A model generated the notes under the pieces. It was not told where the DNA came from. It made no database searches and worked only from the letters and a program-made list of their open reading frames with translations. Of a stretch of DNA of 64,000 bases, positions 51,871-62,374 are shown in pieces. The stretch is taken from contig JAJACI010000004.1 in NCBI GenBank assembly GCA_022601595.1, positions 1,345-65,344 of the forward strand. Direction: 5' to 3'. The stretch's first letter is position 1. Each line of letters starts with the position of its first letter. This DNA comes from Chlamydiia bacterium (lineage in GTDB: Bacteria; Chlamydiota; Chlamydiia; Chlamydiales; 2-12-FULL-49-11). The translations under genes were made by a program, and so were the position numbers.

Positions 51871-54009
51871 ATGGATCCATACCTTTCAAAAATAGAAAAA
51901 GCATTGCCCCATTTTACCAATCCACATGGATTTTTAGGTTTACAAGATAACAGGTTTATTTATCAATTTTCCCCTAATACAAAAGAAAATTTTCTTCTAA
52001 TAAAAGGCCAAAGAGTTGCTATGCAGCTTATTGATGCTCGCGGTATTTTTGTTTATGAAAGCCTTGAGAAAATTTCCCGCGATGACTATCAGGTGATTCA
52101 TTCAGATGGGTCGGTAGGATTGGATCCTTATTCTTTTTCGCCAAGTATATCTATGGTAGATGTTCATTTATTTGATGGTGGCGAGCATAGAGAATTGTAT
52201 AACCTGTTAGGCAGCCATTTTTGTATACATGATGGGGTGGAAGGGTGTAAATTTGCTGTATATGCTCCGTCGGCACGAGAGGTATATTTACGATGTGATA
52301 AAGGCGCCTGGCGTGAGAAGGTTTATCCCATGCGCAAGGTTTCTGATATGGGTATCTATGAGCTTTTTATCCCAGGGTGTAAAGACTCTATGATGTATAA
52401 GTTTTCTATGATTTCAAAGGATCATAAAGAGGTGCTTAGAAGTGATCCTTTTGGAAAAAAATATGAGCTACGTCCGAAATCAGCTTCTATGACATATAAA
52501 GAACAACCTTTTCAGTGGGCCGATAAGGGCTGGCTGCAGCAAAGAAAAGAGCAGACTCTTTCTCAGCCGGTAAATATTTATGAAATGCATTTAGGTGCCT
52601 GGAATAAATCTGGGATTTTTCCCAATTACCGGGAAATAGCTGCCGAGCTGGTTGGTTATATTAAGGAAATGGGGTATACTCATGTGGAGTTTTTACCAAT
52701 TACGGAGTATCCTTTAGATGAATCGTGGGGGTATCAGGTAACAGGGTATTTTGCTCCTACGTCAAGATATGGGACCGCTGCTGATTTTAAATATTTAGTC
52801 AATCATTTGCATGTGAATAATATTGGGGTAGTTTTTGATTTTGTCCCGGCGCATTTTCCTAAAGATGATTGCTTTTTATCAGCCTTTGATGGAAGTGCTC
52901 TTTTTGAAAACGATCACCCTTTGATGGGAACGCACCCTGAGTGGACAACCCATATTTTTGATTACTCTTCTAAGCAGGTGGTAAATTTTCTTATCGCTTC
53001 GGCATTATTTTGGATTGAACAGATGCATGTAGATATGATTCGTGTTGATGCAGTGCAATCTATTTTATACCTCGATCATCAGAGGGGAGAGGATTATGAG
53101 CCTAATCATTTAGGCGGTGTAGAAAATCTTGAAGGGATAGCTTTTCTGAGAAAATTAAATGGCACCATTAAAAAATATCACCCCGATGTTTTAGTGGCCG
53201 CTGAAGATCCCTCTTTATATGATGGGGTGACAAGAGATGTAGAAAATGGCGGCCTTGGTTTTTCTATGAAATGGAATATTGGTTGGAAACACGATCTGTT
53301 TCAATACCTCTCCTTATCAGATAAAGAAAAAAGAGAGAATCACAAAGTTTTGCTAAATAGCTATAAGGAAATTTTCCGTGAAAAATATCTTTTAACCCTT
53401 TCTCATGATGATGTATCTGGAGGTGAAAAATCTTTGGTAAATAGATTCTCTGATTGCAGCGAAGATAAATTTGCCTACCTTCGACTTGTTTACTCTGTAG
53501 CCATTGCTCATCCAGGAAAAAAGCTCTTTTTTATGGGCGCTGAGGTTGGTCAAAAGGAGCCGTTTAATGAAAAAGACTCTTTTCGTAAAAAAGCCCTTTG
53601 TGATCATGCTCAGATAAAACATAAATGCTTTACTGCGGCGATCAACCATTTCTACCTAAAAGAAAAAGTGCTTTCTGAGATAGATTTTGATGAGAAAGGC
53701 TTTGCGTGGATAGACTCAAGCGACTATAATAACTCTGTTATAAGTTTTTTAAGAAAAGGCGTTACAGGTAAGCTTTTAGTAATCCATAATTTTTCGCTGC
53801 TGTCTTTGGAAAATTATTTTGTCCCTATCCCTTTTGTTACCTCTATTACTGAGGTGATGAATACTGATAAGAGAAAGTATGGGGGAAGAGGAGGATTGAA
53901 TCCCCATATAAAAATCCACAAGGAGGGGAGGGGAGCCTATCTGAATGTGCCGCGACTCTCTACAGTTATATGCAAGGTGGTTCTCGATGATAAAAGGCAA
54001 TTCCTCTAA
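51871..54009 (+). CDS. glgB: 1,4-alpha-glucan branching enzyme
   Basis: GH13 blocks VEFLPITEYP, WGYQVTGYFAP, DFVPAHF, IRVDAV and AEDPS. The start is ambiguous (ATG 51871 or GTG 51847). Confidence 0.9.
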   Translation: MDPYLSKIEKALPHFTNPHGFLGLQDNRFIYQFSPNTKENFLLIKGQRVAMQLIDARGIFVYESLEKISRDDYQVIHSDGSVGLDPYSFSPSISMVDVHLFDGGEHRELYNLLGSHFCIHDGVEGCKFAVYAPSAREVYLRCDKGAWREKVYPMRKVSDMGIYELFIPGCKDSMMYKFSMISKDHKEVLRSDPFGKKYELRPKSASMTYKEQPFQWADKGWLQQRKEQTLSQPVNIYEMHLGAWNKSGIFPNYREIAAELVGYIKEMGYTHVEFLPITEYPLDESWGYQVTGYFAPTSRYGTAADFKYLVNHLHVNNIGVVFDFVPAHFPKDDCFLSAFDGSALFENDHPLMGTHPEWTTHIFDYSSKQVVNFLIASALFWIEQMHVDMIRVDAVQSILYLDHQRGEDYEPNHLGGVENLEGIAFLRKLNGTIKKYHPDVLVAAEDPSLYDGVTRDVENGGLGFSMKWNIGWKHDLFQYLSLSDKEKRENHKVLLNSYKEIFREKYLLTLSHDDVSGGEKSLVNRFSDCSEDKFAYLRLVYSVAIAHPGKKLFFMGAEVGQKEPFNEKDSFRKKALCDHAQIKHKCFTAAINHFYLKEKVLSEIDFDEKGFAWIDSSDYNNSVISFLRKGVTGKLLVIHNFSLLSLENYFVPIPFVTSITEVMNTDKRKYGGRGGLNPHIKIHKEGRGAYLNVPRLSTVICKVVLDDKRQFL

Positions 54010-55987
54010 AAAGGATTACAAAAAGTTAATAAAAGAAGTTAAAAGTCATGATAGACGGTACTATCAAGAATCAAGCCCCACCATCTCCGATTATGAATAC
54101 GATCTTTTAGTAAAAGAGATTGAAAGAATAGAGGCTGCTCACCCTGACTGGGCAGAGGAAAATTCTCCCACAAAAAATATTTCTACCGATACCACAGGAA
54201 ATTTTTCTGTAGCTACCCATAGAGTGCCCATGCTATCGCTTGCAAATACCTACTCTGAAGAAGAAGTGGAAGCGTTTATTCAAAGAGTTGAAAAGTTAAC
54301 AGAAAGAGAGAGTATACCTTTTAATGTGGAACTAAAAATGGATGGGGTGGCACTCTCTGTTATATATGATAAGGGAAAACTGGTTCAAGCGGTAACAAGA
54401 GGAAACGGCAGAGAGGGCGATGATGTTACAGCAAATGCTCGGGGCATTCATAATCTTCCTCATCAGCTAACAGGAAAGTTCACAGGCCCCCTCGAACTAC
54501 GAGGAGAGGTATACCTTCCTTTAAAAGAATTTAAGAGGCTGAATGAAGATAGAGAGCAGCAGGGGCTTGAGGTCTATGCCAATCCAAGAAATGCTGCAAG
54601 CGGCTCATTAAAATTAATCGATTCAGAAATGTCTCATAAAAGAGGTCTTGAGATTATGTTATATGATCTGGTTAACCCGCCAAAAGAAATAAAGCTACAG
54701 TCAGAAATAGCTCCCTACTTAAAAAAAATGGGACTCCCTGTTTTTACCAAAGAATTTACACATAGCGCCAAATCTGCAAAAGAGGTTTTAACTTTTGCAC
54801 ATAGTGTTGAAAAAAAACGAGCTTTCCTTCCTTTTGAAATTGATGGGATTGTAATTAAATTAGATGATCTAGACGAAAGATCTATTATAGGAGCAACTAA
54901 TAAATCACCGCGCTGGGCGATCTCTTATAAATTTGCAGCAGAGCAGGCAGAGACAGTTATTGAGAGCATTTCTGTGCAGGTGGGAAGAACAGGGATCTTA
55001 ACACCTGTTGCCAACTTAAAGCCGGTGCTCCTTTCTGGAAGCACCATAGCGCGTGCTACCCTTCATAATCAAGATGAGATAGATAGAAAGGATATTCGTG
55101 AAAATGATACGGTGATTATTGAAAAGGGGGGAGACGTTATTCCTAAAGTAGTCTCTGTTGTTAGTACAGGGAAAAAACGATCACCTGTTTGGAAAATACC
55201 TAGCACCTGTCCTCATTGTGGGGGAGATGTTATCCAAAAAGAGGGAGAGGTGGCGATCAGATGCAAGGCAGGAGCAAAATGTACCGGACAGTATATTGCA
55301 CGCGTCAAACATTTTATAGCCAAAGGTGCTATGAATATCGAAAATTTTGGGATAAAAGTGATCCAAAGATTTTATGCTCTTGGATTGATCGATTCACTTT
55401 CAGATATATATAGAATTGAAAAGGAGGATCTTTTAGAGCTCGAAGGCTTTGGCGATCGATCTATCAATGTGTTGCTAGAAAATATTGAAAAATCCAAAAC
55501 ACCTGAACTATACCGCTTTATCTTTGCTCTAGGGATTCCTTTTGTGGGAGTGGTCGCAGCACGTGTGGCCGCCGAATATTGTAGAGATATTAAAACGTTT
55601 CTTAAAGTATCAAAAGAAGAGCTACTTGAATTAGAAGGGGTAGGCGAGAAGGTTGCTGCATCCATTGTAGATTATCTTTTAGACCCTGTGCATAGAAAAG
55701 AGATAGAAGATTTGCTCGATTTAGGAATAACACCCACTTCTCCTGCAGAGAAACAATCAGGACATCCCTTTTCAGGTAAGAGCTTTGTGATGACAGGGAC
55801 TCTCGATGGATATAGTAGACTGGAGGCAAAAGAGATTATTGAAGCTCGTGGAGGAAAGATTATATCAAGTATCTCCAAACAGACAAACTATCTTTTACTT
55901 GGCAAAAATCCTGGATCCAAATACAACAAAGCTATAAAGCTGAATGTAGAAGTTCTAACAGAGAAGGACTTCAAGGATTTAATTTGA
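53987..55987 (+). CDS. ligA: NAD-dependent DNA ligase
   Basis: Adenylation motif VELKMDG, OB fold, zinc finger CPHCGGDV...C..C, HhH repeats and a C-terminal BRCT domain (GKSFVMTGTL). I prefer the ATG at 53987 (MIKGNSSK) to the track start at 53945. It overlaps the glgB end. Confidence 0.93.
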   Translation: MIKGNSSKKDYKKLIKEVKSHDRRYYQESSPTISDYEYDLLVKEIERIEAAHPDWAEENSPTKNISTDTTGNFSVATHRVPMLSLANTYSEEEVEAFIQRVEKLTERESIPFNVELKMDGVALSVIYDKGKLVQAVTRGNGREGDDVTANARGIHNLPHQLTGKFTGPLELRGEVYLPLKEFKRLNEDREQQGLEVYANPRNAASGSLKLIDSEMSHKRGLEIMLYDLVNPPKEIKLQSEIAPYLKKMGLPVFTKEFTHSAKSAKEVLTFAHSVEKKRAFLPFEIDGIVIKLDDLDERSIIGATNKSPRWAISYKFAAEQAETVIESISVQVGRTGILTPVANLKPVLLSGSTIARATLHNQDEIDRKDIRENDTVIIEKGGDVIPKVVSVVSTGKKRSPVWKIPSTCPHCGGDVIQKEGEVAIRCKAGAKCTGQYIARVKHFIAKGAMNIENFGIKVIQRFYALGLIDSLSDIYRIEKEDLLELEGFGDRSINVLLENIEKSKTPELYRFIFALGIPFVGVVAARVAAEYCRDIKTFLKVSKEELLELEGVGEKVAASIVDYLLDPVHRKEIEDLLDLGITPTSPAEKQSGHPFSGKSFVMTGTLDGYSRLEAKEIIEARGGKIISSISKQTNYLLLGKNPGSKYNKAIKLNVEVLTEKDFKDLI

Positions 55988-57216
55988 AGGTTTCCAAGTA
56001 TCTGCTATTTCCTGTTTTTTTAATCGTCTTTGTGGATAACTTTGGTTACGCTTTAGTTTTTAACTTGCTAAGCCCCCTCCTTTTGAAGCCAGAATATGGG
56101 ATGATGGGAGCGGCTACATCTGTTCACCTAAAAAATGCTATGCTAGCATTAACCTTTGGTATATTCCCTCTAGGACAATTTTTTGCCGCACCTATGATCG
56201 GAGAGTTTGCAGATATTCACGGAAGGAAAAAAGCCTTTTACCTCTCTTTATTAGGATTAACAGCAGGATTTCTACTCTCTGCCTGGGCGATAGCTCTTCA
56301 CAGCATCTGGCTTTTATTCTTTAGCCGCCTGCTGTCAGGGATCTTTGCTGGAAATATTAGCATCTGCATGGCAACCCTTGCCGATCTAAGCGTCGATGAA
56401 AAGATGCGGGCAAAGAATTTTTCTATGGTAACAGCACTCTTTGGAGTCTCATGGGTGGCCGCCATGATCGTTGGCGGATATATTGGTAACCCGCGACTGA
56501 TGGGCCATTTTGGTCCTGTCTTTGCCTTTCTTATCTCCACAGCACTCTCTTTCTTAAATTTAATCATCTTGATATTTATGTTTAAAGATACGGCGCCACG
56601 ACATCCTGATACAAAGTTCAGAATAGGTCAAGGCCTTGTAAATATCAAGCAGGTCCTTCTGCTTAAACCTACAAGAATATTCTTCGCCATCTATTTTGCC
56701 TGGTCGCTCGGATGGGTAATAGCGGTGCAGTGGTATCCATCCTTTTCTATGGAAGTGTTCAATGCAAGCGTTTATGAATTTACCTCCTGGTTTCTTATAA
56801 TGGGTATCACCTGGACCCTGGGAGCTTTTTTCGCCAAATACTTTCTTATCAATAAATGCTCCACCTTAACTGTTGCGACAATAGGATTTGGTGCGATGAC
56901 CCTGTGCCTGCTGATCATGCAGTTTATCCCTTCATTTACTATCTTCTCTATACTATTTGGCATAGCAGCCTTTTTCGCCGTCTTTGCAATGAGCTCCTCA
57001 CTAAACCTAATATCGACAGCAGCTCCAGCAGATGTTCAAGGAAAGATAATGGGCCTTTCTCAATCAGCACAGTCCATCGCCTTCGTACTTGTCTCCACCA
57101 TAGCCTTTCTTGTAAGCATCTACACCATCTCCATCCTCTTCTACTTTTCCGCAGCAATCTCCGCCCTCGGCTTCGCCCTGCTCTTATATAAGCAGGCTCG
57201 TAGAGACACCGTTTAA
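55984..57216 (+). CDS. MFS transporter (drug/H+ antiporter-like)
   Basis: 410 aa, 12 hydrophobic segments, with motif GEFADIHGRKK between TM2 and TM3. The TTG start overlaps the ligA stop. Confidence 0.78.
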   Translation: MKVSKYLLFPVFLIVFVDNFGYALVFNLLSPLLLKPEYGMMGAATSVHLKNAMLALTFGIFPLGQFFAAPMIGEFADIHGRKKAFYLSLLGLTAGFLLSAWAIALHSIWLLFFSRLLSGIFAGNISICMATLADLSVDEKMRAKNFSMVTALFGVSWVAAMIVGGYIGNPRLMGHFGPVFAFLISTALSFLNLIILIFMFKDTAPRHPDTKFRIGQGLVNIKQVLLLKPTRIFFAIYFAWSLGWVIAVQWYPSFSMEVFNASVYEFTSWFLIMGITWTLGAFFAKYFLINKCSTLTVATIGFGAMTLCLLIMQFIPSFTIFSILFGIAAFFAVFAMSSSLNLISTAAPADVQGKIMGLSQSAQSIAFVLVSTIAFLVSIYTISILFYFSAAISALGFALLLYKQARRDTV

Positions 57217-57275
57217 GGAGACTCTGAAAAGCCGGCAGTTTTATAATCTTCCAGATTTCTTATAAATCCTATTTT
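57217..57275 (-). repeat. F1 arm fragment directly after the MFS stop codon
   Basis: ggagactctgaaaagccggcagttttataatcttccagatttcttataaatcctatttt then diverges. A second degenerate terminus lies at 57294-57310. Confidence 0.65.
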
Positions 57276-57346
57276 TTCCCCCCCCTCCATCTAATAGGTG
57301 ACTCTGATGAATTTCTGCGATACAATGAAAGTGATAAAGATTTCTT

Positions 57347-57368
57347 GGTTACTACAATTGTAGTAACC
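57347..57368. repeat. perfect palindrome ggttactacaattgtagtaacc, shared with 27198-27215
   Basis: 10 bp arms with a 2 nt centre. The flanking atttcttggtt is also shared. Confidence 0.6.
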
Positions 57369-57482
57369 AGAGTAAAAATAGGAAAAAGGGAGTTACAGTT
57401 GTTACCATTTTAAACGGTAATGACTATATATAGATGAAGCGCTCTAAATAAAAAAAAGCCCTTCCCAACAGAAGCGCTCCAA

Positions 57483-57517
57483 ATAAAAAAAAGCCCTTCT
57501 GGTGGGAAGGGCTTTTT
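57483..57517 (-). terminator. Rho-independent terminator downstream of rpsI (bidirectional in form)
   Basis: Stem agcccttc/gaagggct with a 6 nt loop. An A8 run lies on the + strand side (U-run for the minus transcript) and TTTTT on the other side. Confidence 0.75.
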
Positions 57518-57540
57518 GAATTTTTGAAAATATTTCCAGA

Positions 57541-57939
57541 TTAACGTTTTGAGAACTGGAAAGATTTACGTGCACCAGGCTTACCAGGCTTCTTACGCTC
57601 TTTTCTTCTTGGATCTCTAGTTAGAAAGCCAGCTTCTTTAAGGGCAGCTCTTCTTTCTTCATCTTCGATTACTAAAGCACGTGAGATAGCATGACGAATA
57701 GCCATAGTCTGTCCTTGAGGACCGCCACCCTTTACATTAACAACGATATCTCTATTTTCGATATCACATAACTTAAGAGGGGATCTTACTGTTTCTTGTT
57801 GAAGGGAGATAGGAAAAAAGTCGTTTAGCTCTTTACCGTTTACTTTAACATTTCCTTTTCCTTCACGTAGATAGACTCTTGCCACAGCAGTTTTTCTTCT
57901 TCCGGCAGCATTAGATGTGTTGATCTCTTTTTTCTTCAT
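57541..57939 (-). CDS. rpsI: 30S ribosomal protein S9
   Basis: 132 aa with GRRKTAVARV, GGGPQGQ and the C-terminal KKPGKPGARKSFQFSKR. Confidence 0.95.
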   Translation of the reverse strand: MKKKEINTSNAAGRRKTAVARVYLREGKGNVKVNGKELNDFFPISLQQETVRSPLKLCDIENRDIVVNVKGGGPQGQTMAIRHAISRALVIEDEERRAALKEAGFLTRDPRRKERKKPGKPGARKSFQFSKR

Positions 57940-57953
57940 TGGGCTTTTCTCCT

Positions 57954-58397
57954 TTAAATATCTACTGATACTGGCTGTTGTGCTTCCATGTTATGAGTCG
58001 CGTCTGCAAAAACGTGAAGTTTCTTTCTCATAGCTCTTCCAAGTTTTGTTTTTGGCATCATACCATAAACTGCTTTTTCTAGAACTCTGGTAGGGTGTCT
58101 TTCCATAACTCTTTTAAAAGGAATTCTTTTCAGTCCGCCAATCCATCCTGTATGGTGGATGTATTCCTTTTGGGCTTCTTTATTTCCTGTCAATTTTACT
58201 TTTGCAGCATTAATAACTATAACGCTATCGCCAGTATCCTGATTAGGAGTATAGGTTGGTTTGTGCTTACCGCATAAGATTTTAGCGATTTCACTAGCAA
58301 GTCTTCCTAGTGTCTTCCCTTCAGCATCAAATAAGTAGTGAGCGACTTTATCTTTCTTTTTTGTAAAAAAGATCGTTCTGTGTTTGTGATTATTCAT
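57954..58397 (-). CDS. rplM: 50S ribosomal protein L13
   Basis: 147 aa with DAEGKTLGRLAS, GDSVIVINA and HTGWIGG. Confidence 0.95.
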   Translation of the reverse strand: MNNHKHRTIFFTKKKDKVAHYLFDAEGKTLGRLASEIAKILCGKHKPTYTPNQDTGDSVIVINAAKVKLTGNKEAQKEYIHHTGWIGGLKRIPFKRVMERHPTRVLEKAVYGMMPKTKLGRAMRKKLHVFADATHNMEAQQPVSVDI

Positions 58398-58469
58398 ATT
58401 TTCCTCTAAAAATCATTTAGTAAGAAGTAGTATACATGATAGGCACCTTTCTTGCAAATGGATTTTCTA

Positions 58470-58498
58470 TTGAAATTAGAAATAGTATGAGATATACT
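58470..58498 (+). promoter_or_regulatory. candidate sigma-70-type promoter for miaB
   Basis: TTGAAA, a 17 nt spacer, then TATACT, ending 30 nt before the preferred ATG at 58529. Confidence 0.4.
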
Positions 58499-58528
58499 TT
58501 CTCACTAAAATATAATAGGAATTATTTT

Positions 58529-59869
58529 ATGAAAGAAAGAAAAGAACCAAAAACTTTTTTTGTTCGTACCTACGGCTGTCAGATGAACGAGCTTGACTCA
58601 GAGATTATGATAGGACAGCTAGTAAATAGAGGTTTAAAGCGAGTCCACACGGAAGAGGAAGGCGATATTCTAATTTATAATACCTGTTCTATCAGAGATC
58701 TTGCCGAGCGAAAAGTGATGGGAAAGTTGGGGATTTTAGGGAGAAATAAAACGCGTGCGAAAATTATCGGTGTCACAGGCTGCATGGCGATGGCAAAAAA
58801 AGATAGTTTATTTAAAAAATTACCACATTTAGATTTTGTTTTAGGTACCAATAATATTTCTAATCTAGGAGCTGTTCTTGATGAGGTGATCCATACTGGC
58901 AAGCAAACGGCCATTACTGATAAAAAATTTGAAGAAGATTTAGACTATTTAGTAGCTAAAAGGGATTCAAATATTTCTGCACATGTATCCATTATTCGCG
59001 GATGTGATAAATATTGCACCTATTGCGTGGTTCCTTATACAAGAGGGCGCGAAGTATCCCGCCCTTATAATGATATAGTCGAGGAGGTAAAGCAGCTTGT
59101 TAGTAAAGGATATAAAGAAATCACCCTTCTTGGTCAAAATGTAAATAGTTATGGAAAAGATGAAAAAGAGTGGGGAGTACTATTTCATGACCTGCTTAGA
59201 ATGATAGATAAGACTGGCATAAAGCGTGTGCGCTTTTTAACCAGTCATCCTGTGGATATTACCAAAGAACTGATGGAAGCTGTACGTGATCTTCCATCCC
59301 TTTGTGAATTTGTGCACTTTCCCATGCAGGCAGGAAGTAATAGAATCCTCCGTAAAATGCATCGCATTTATACCTTAGAAGAGTATTTTGAAAAAGTGGA
59401 GATGCTTCGCAAAATCGTTCCTGGTGTTTCTCTTGGAACCGATATGATTGTAGGGTTTCCCACAGAGACAGATGAGGAGTTTGAAGAGACATATGCTAAC
59501 ATGGAAAAAGCAAATTATAGTACCGCCTTCTTATATACCTATAGCCCGAGAAAGGGGACTCCTGCTATGCGCTTTAAAGATGACATCTCTGATCAAGTGA
59601 AAGATGCCCGCCTGCAAAGGCTTATGGCGCTTCATAAAAGACAATCTGCAGAGCAGCGTACCCAGATGATAGGAAGCACGGTAGAAGTTCTTTTCGAAAA
59701 GCGAAATGATAGAGGACAGCTGAAAGGGCGTACCCGCTGCTGGAGAAAAATTATAGCAGAAGGTCCGGAGTCGCTGGTAGGAGAGATCGGCCATGTAGAG
59801 GTGGTAAGCTTTCATAATGAGACCTTGATTGGAAATCTTGTAGAGTCTGCGGCAAAAAGCTTAGTTTAG
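58529..59869 (+). CDS. miaB: tRNA-2-methylthio-N6-dimethylallyladenosine synthase
   Basis: MTTase N-terminal Cys triad (YGCQMN ... NTCSIR ... GCMA), radical SAM CDKYCTYC, and a C-terminal TRAM domain. I prefer the start at MKERKEPKTFFVRTYGC. Confidence 0.9.
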   Translation: MKERKEPKTFFVRTYGCQMNELDSEIMIGQLVNRGLKRVHTEEEGDILIYNTCSIRDLAERKVMGKLGILGRNKTRAKIIGVTGCMAMAKKDSLFKKLPHLDFVLGTNNISNLGAVLDEVIHTGKQTAITDKKFEEDLDYLVAKRDSNISAHVSIIRGCDKYCTYCVVPYTRGREVSRPYNDIVEEVKQLVSKGYKEITLLGQNVNSYGKDEKEWGVLFHDLLRMIDKTGIKRVRFLTSHPVDITKELMEAVRDLPSLCEFVHFPMQAGSNRILRKMHRIYTLEEYFEKVEMLRKIVPGVSLGTDMIVGFPTETDEEFEETYANMEKANYSTAFLYTYSPRKGTPAMRFKDDISDQVKDARLQRLMALHKRQSAEQRTQMIGSTVEVLFEKRNDRGQLKGRTRCWRKIIAEGPESLVGEIGHVEVVSFHNETLIGNLVESAAKSLV

Positions 59870-61378
59870 ATAGCGGTGCTCAAGGTAATTGATATAGTCA
59901 TCAGGGGTAAAAGGTTTTCCGGTGGCTTTTTCGATAAGTTCAAAAGGAAGGTATTTTCGTCCGTGCACATGCACTTTTTCTTTTAAGAACGCAGAGAATT
60001 TCGTAAAATCACCATCTGCGATATCTTTTGCCCAATTCACATTTGATTTGATAAACTTTGTAAAGAGTGATCCAGAGTACATGGAACCAAGAGCGTAGGT
60101 TGGGAAGTATCCAAAGCATCCTATAGACCAGTGGATATCTTGCAAACATCCCATAGCATCAGATGGGGGAATAATACCCAGCGATTCTTGCATCTTAGAT
60201 TTCCACAGCTTAGGTATCTCTTTTGGGTCGATAGAACCGTCGATGAGACCTTTTTCCAGCTCATAGCGAAGGATAATATGCAAGCAGTAGGTCACTTCAT
60301 CAGAAAAAATTCGTATCATCGAAGGTTTTACTTCTCGCACACGTCTTACAAAGTCACTCATAGAAACATTTCCTAGTGCTTCAGGGAATTTCTTCTGGAA
60401 CTTTGGGTAATAGTACTTCCAGAAGGGAATACTATTTCCAATACATGTTTCAAAGATTCTTGATTGACTTTCATGAATACCGATAGATGCCGCCTCTGCA
60501 AGCGGCGTACCAAAGGCATCTGCAGGAAGGTTGTTTTCGTATAGAGCATGACCCGCCTCATGAACGGCAGCTGAAAATCCTTGGAGGACATCCCCTTCAT
60601 GGTAGTGTGTGGTAATCCTCACGTCATTTGGGTGAAAGGGGATACAAAATGGATGGTGGGTGGTGGAAAGGTTATACTGATCGGGATGGACGCCTATTCG
60701 CTTGATTACATCGTGAGAGAGCTCTTTTTGTAAGTAGATAGGAAAATTACCAGATGGATTGGGAGCGGTTTTATTGGTGTTTTTATTGGTGATCTTTTTT
60801 AAGAGGGATATAAGTCTAGGTTTAAGCGCCCCAAAAATATCATCGAGCTGTCTGACCGTCATTCCAGGCTCAAATTCATTCACTAAAGCATCATATGGAT
60901 GTTCAAGATAGCCAAGCAGATCTGCTTTTTTTCTACACAGGGTGATAACTTTTTTAAGAGAGGGGAGAAATGTTTTGAAGTTGCTATTTTTATGTGCAGT
61001 TTTCCATGAATCGCAAGCAAGAGAAACTTCTTTAGAGAATTTTTTGACAAAAGATTTTCCAAGCTTTTGTTGCTTTTCAATATCACCTTTTAGTCTAAGT
61101 ACAATAATTTTTTCCTCCTCATTTAAGGAGGTGTCATTCTCGAGCTTTTCTAAGCTGCCGGTAAGCTTTTTTCCTGTTAAGATTTTATGTCTTTCCTGTG
61201 CGATAAAGGACATAATTTCTGATTTAGGACCTATGCCATCTTTAGGCATGTACGTCTCTTGATCCCAATTAGCAAGGTAATCAAGAGTTTGGAGGTATGC
61301 GGCCTTTTTGCATTCATCAAGAACGCGAGTGAGATCTTTATTAGTGTTTTTCATAAGTCGTATTATTTCAGACTTCAA
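59861..61378 (-). CDS. M32 family carboxypeptidase (carboxypeptidase Taq-like)
   Basis: HHPF, DVRITT, HEAGHALYE (HEXXH), HESQSR, IRIFSDEVTY and LQDIHWS, in the order typical of M32. Confidence 0.85.
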   Translation of the reverse strand: MKSEIIRLMKNTNKDLTRVLDECKKAAYLQTLDYLANWDQETYMPKDGIGPKSEIMSFIAQERHKILTGKKLTGSLEKLENDTSLNEEEKIIVLRLKGDIEKQQKLGKSFVKKFSKEVSLACDSWKTAHKNSNFKTFLPSLKKVITLCRKKADLLGYLEHPYDALVNEFEPGMTVRQLDDIFGALKPRLISLLKKITNKNTNKTAPNPSGNFPIYLQKELSHDVIKRIGVHPDQYNLSTTHHPFCIPFHPNDVRITTHYHEGDVLQGFSAAVHEAGHALYENNLPADAFGTPLAEAASIGIHESQSRIFETCIGNSIPFWKYYYPKFQKKFPEALGNVSMSDFVRRVREVKPSMIRIFSDEVTYCLHIILRYELEKGLIDGSIDPKEIPKLWKSKMQESLGIIPPSDAMGCLQDIHWSIGCFGYFPTYALGSMYSGSLFTKFIKSNVNWAKDIADGDFTKFSAFLKEKVHVHGRKYLPFELIEKATGKPFTPDDYINYLEHRYLN

Positions 61379-61390
61379 AAAAAAAGTCGA

Positions 61391-62374
61391 CTAAACTTTT
61401 TTAGAATAAGCAATATAAGGCGGAAAAATAAATAGAGATAGGGCGATGCTTATAAAAATTTGTGGGGATAAGATATTTGCTAATGCAAGTATTGCAGAGC
61501 ATTCTAAAAGGAAGAAAAAGAATAATGAGATTAAAATACAGAGGCACAGAGACGAGTAATATTTTTTTCTAAAAAAGGGAGAGAAACCTAAAATAGTAGC
61601 TAGTGATACAGAAAATATATTAAGAAAAGGAAGAGCTATCCTGTATGCAATGGTGGTAATTAAGGAGTCTTTATTCATTTTATCAGTGCCGGTACCGTCG
61701 ATAGCAATACAGATTAAGCTCCATAAGCTTTTAGATCTCTTGATTTTTGATTCATTTACAATGGACGATGGATGAATAGGCAGACGATAATTGGTAAGAG
61801 ATTTTTCTTTGACATAGCTCCTATTTTTTTTCACAAAATGGTCAAGGTAGTTGAGATGAAAACTATCGTCTCTAACCTCAGCCTGAGGGGAGTAGAAGAT
61901 CTCTTTATCCTTAGTAATATAGGTGAAATTTTTGTATCCATTTCTATAAAAGAGAGTGCCTGTATCTAAGTGGGTAACATGAAGGTTTTCGTTGTATGAG
62001 GAGAGGTAGGAATCTTTATTCAGAGCTTTTAAAGCATCGCCTAAAAAGAACGACCCCAGAAGTAATCCAAAGATGCTCAAGAAAAGAGAAAAGAGCAGCG
62101 GCCCGCGTATGATTTTAAAGGAATGGATTCCGCTCATGGATAAGGCAACATTTACATTTTGTTTTTCATAATTTTGGATGGTAAGAAGGGTGGCAAAGAG
62201 AAGAGAGAAAATAGAAAAGATGTTAAAGCGGTAGATAAAAAGGTGAAAAGCCATTTTTGCAAGACCGCTTGTGCTCTCTGAATGAAAATTCGGGGAAAGG
62301 ATAATAGATGAGAAGGTAAGAATAAATAGCATGAGCAGGTAGAGCTTTATCACTTTGAACAGGTAGTTTTTCAT
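61391..62374 (-). CDS. LptF/LptG (YjgP/YjgQ) family permease
   Basis: I prefer the start at MKNYLFKVIKLYLL (ATG 62374), which forms an ATGA overlap with the upstream paralog's stop. Three N-terminal helices, a large loop and three C-terminal helices. Confidence 0.75.
   Translation of the reverse strand: MKNYLFKVIKLYLLMLFILTFSSIILSPNFHSESTSGLAKMAFHLFIYRFNIFSIFSLLFATLLTIQNYEKQNVNVALSMSGIHSFKIIRGPLLFSLFLSIFGLLLGSFFLGDALKALNKDSYLSSYNENLHVTHLDTGTLFYRNGYKNFTYITKDKEIFYSPQAEVRDDSFHLNYLDHFVKKNRSYVKEKSLTNYRLPIHPSSIVNESKIKRSKSLWSLICIAIDGTGTDKMNKDSLITTIAYRIALPFLNIFSVSLATILGFSPFFRKKYYSSLCLCILISLFFFFLLECSAILALANILSPQIFISIALSLFIFPPYIAYSKKV

Noticed and set aside
57441-57500. Direct duplication gcgctc[tc]aaataaaaaaaagcccttc upstream of the rpsI terminator
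   Set aside because: This is a short partial duplication of the left half of the terminator. Only the second copy has the complementary arm, so it is probably a slippage remnant without separate function.
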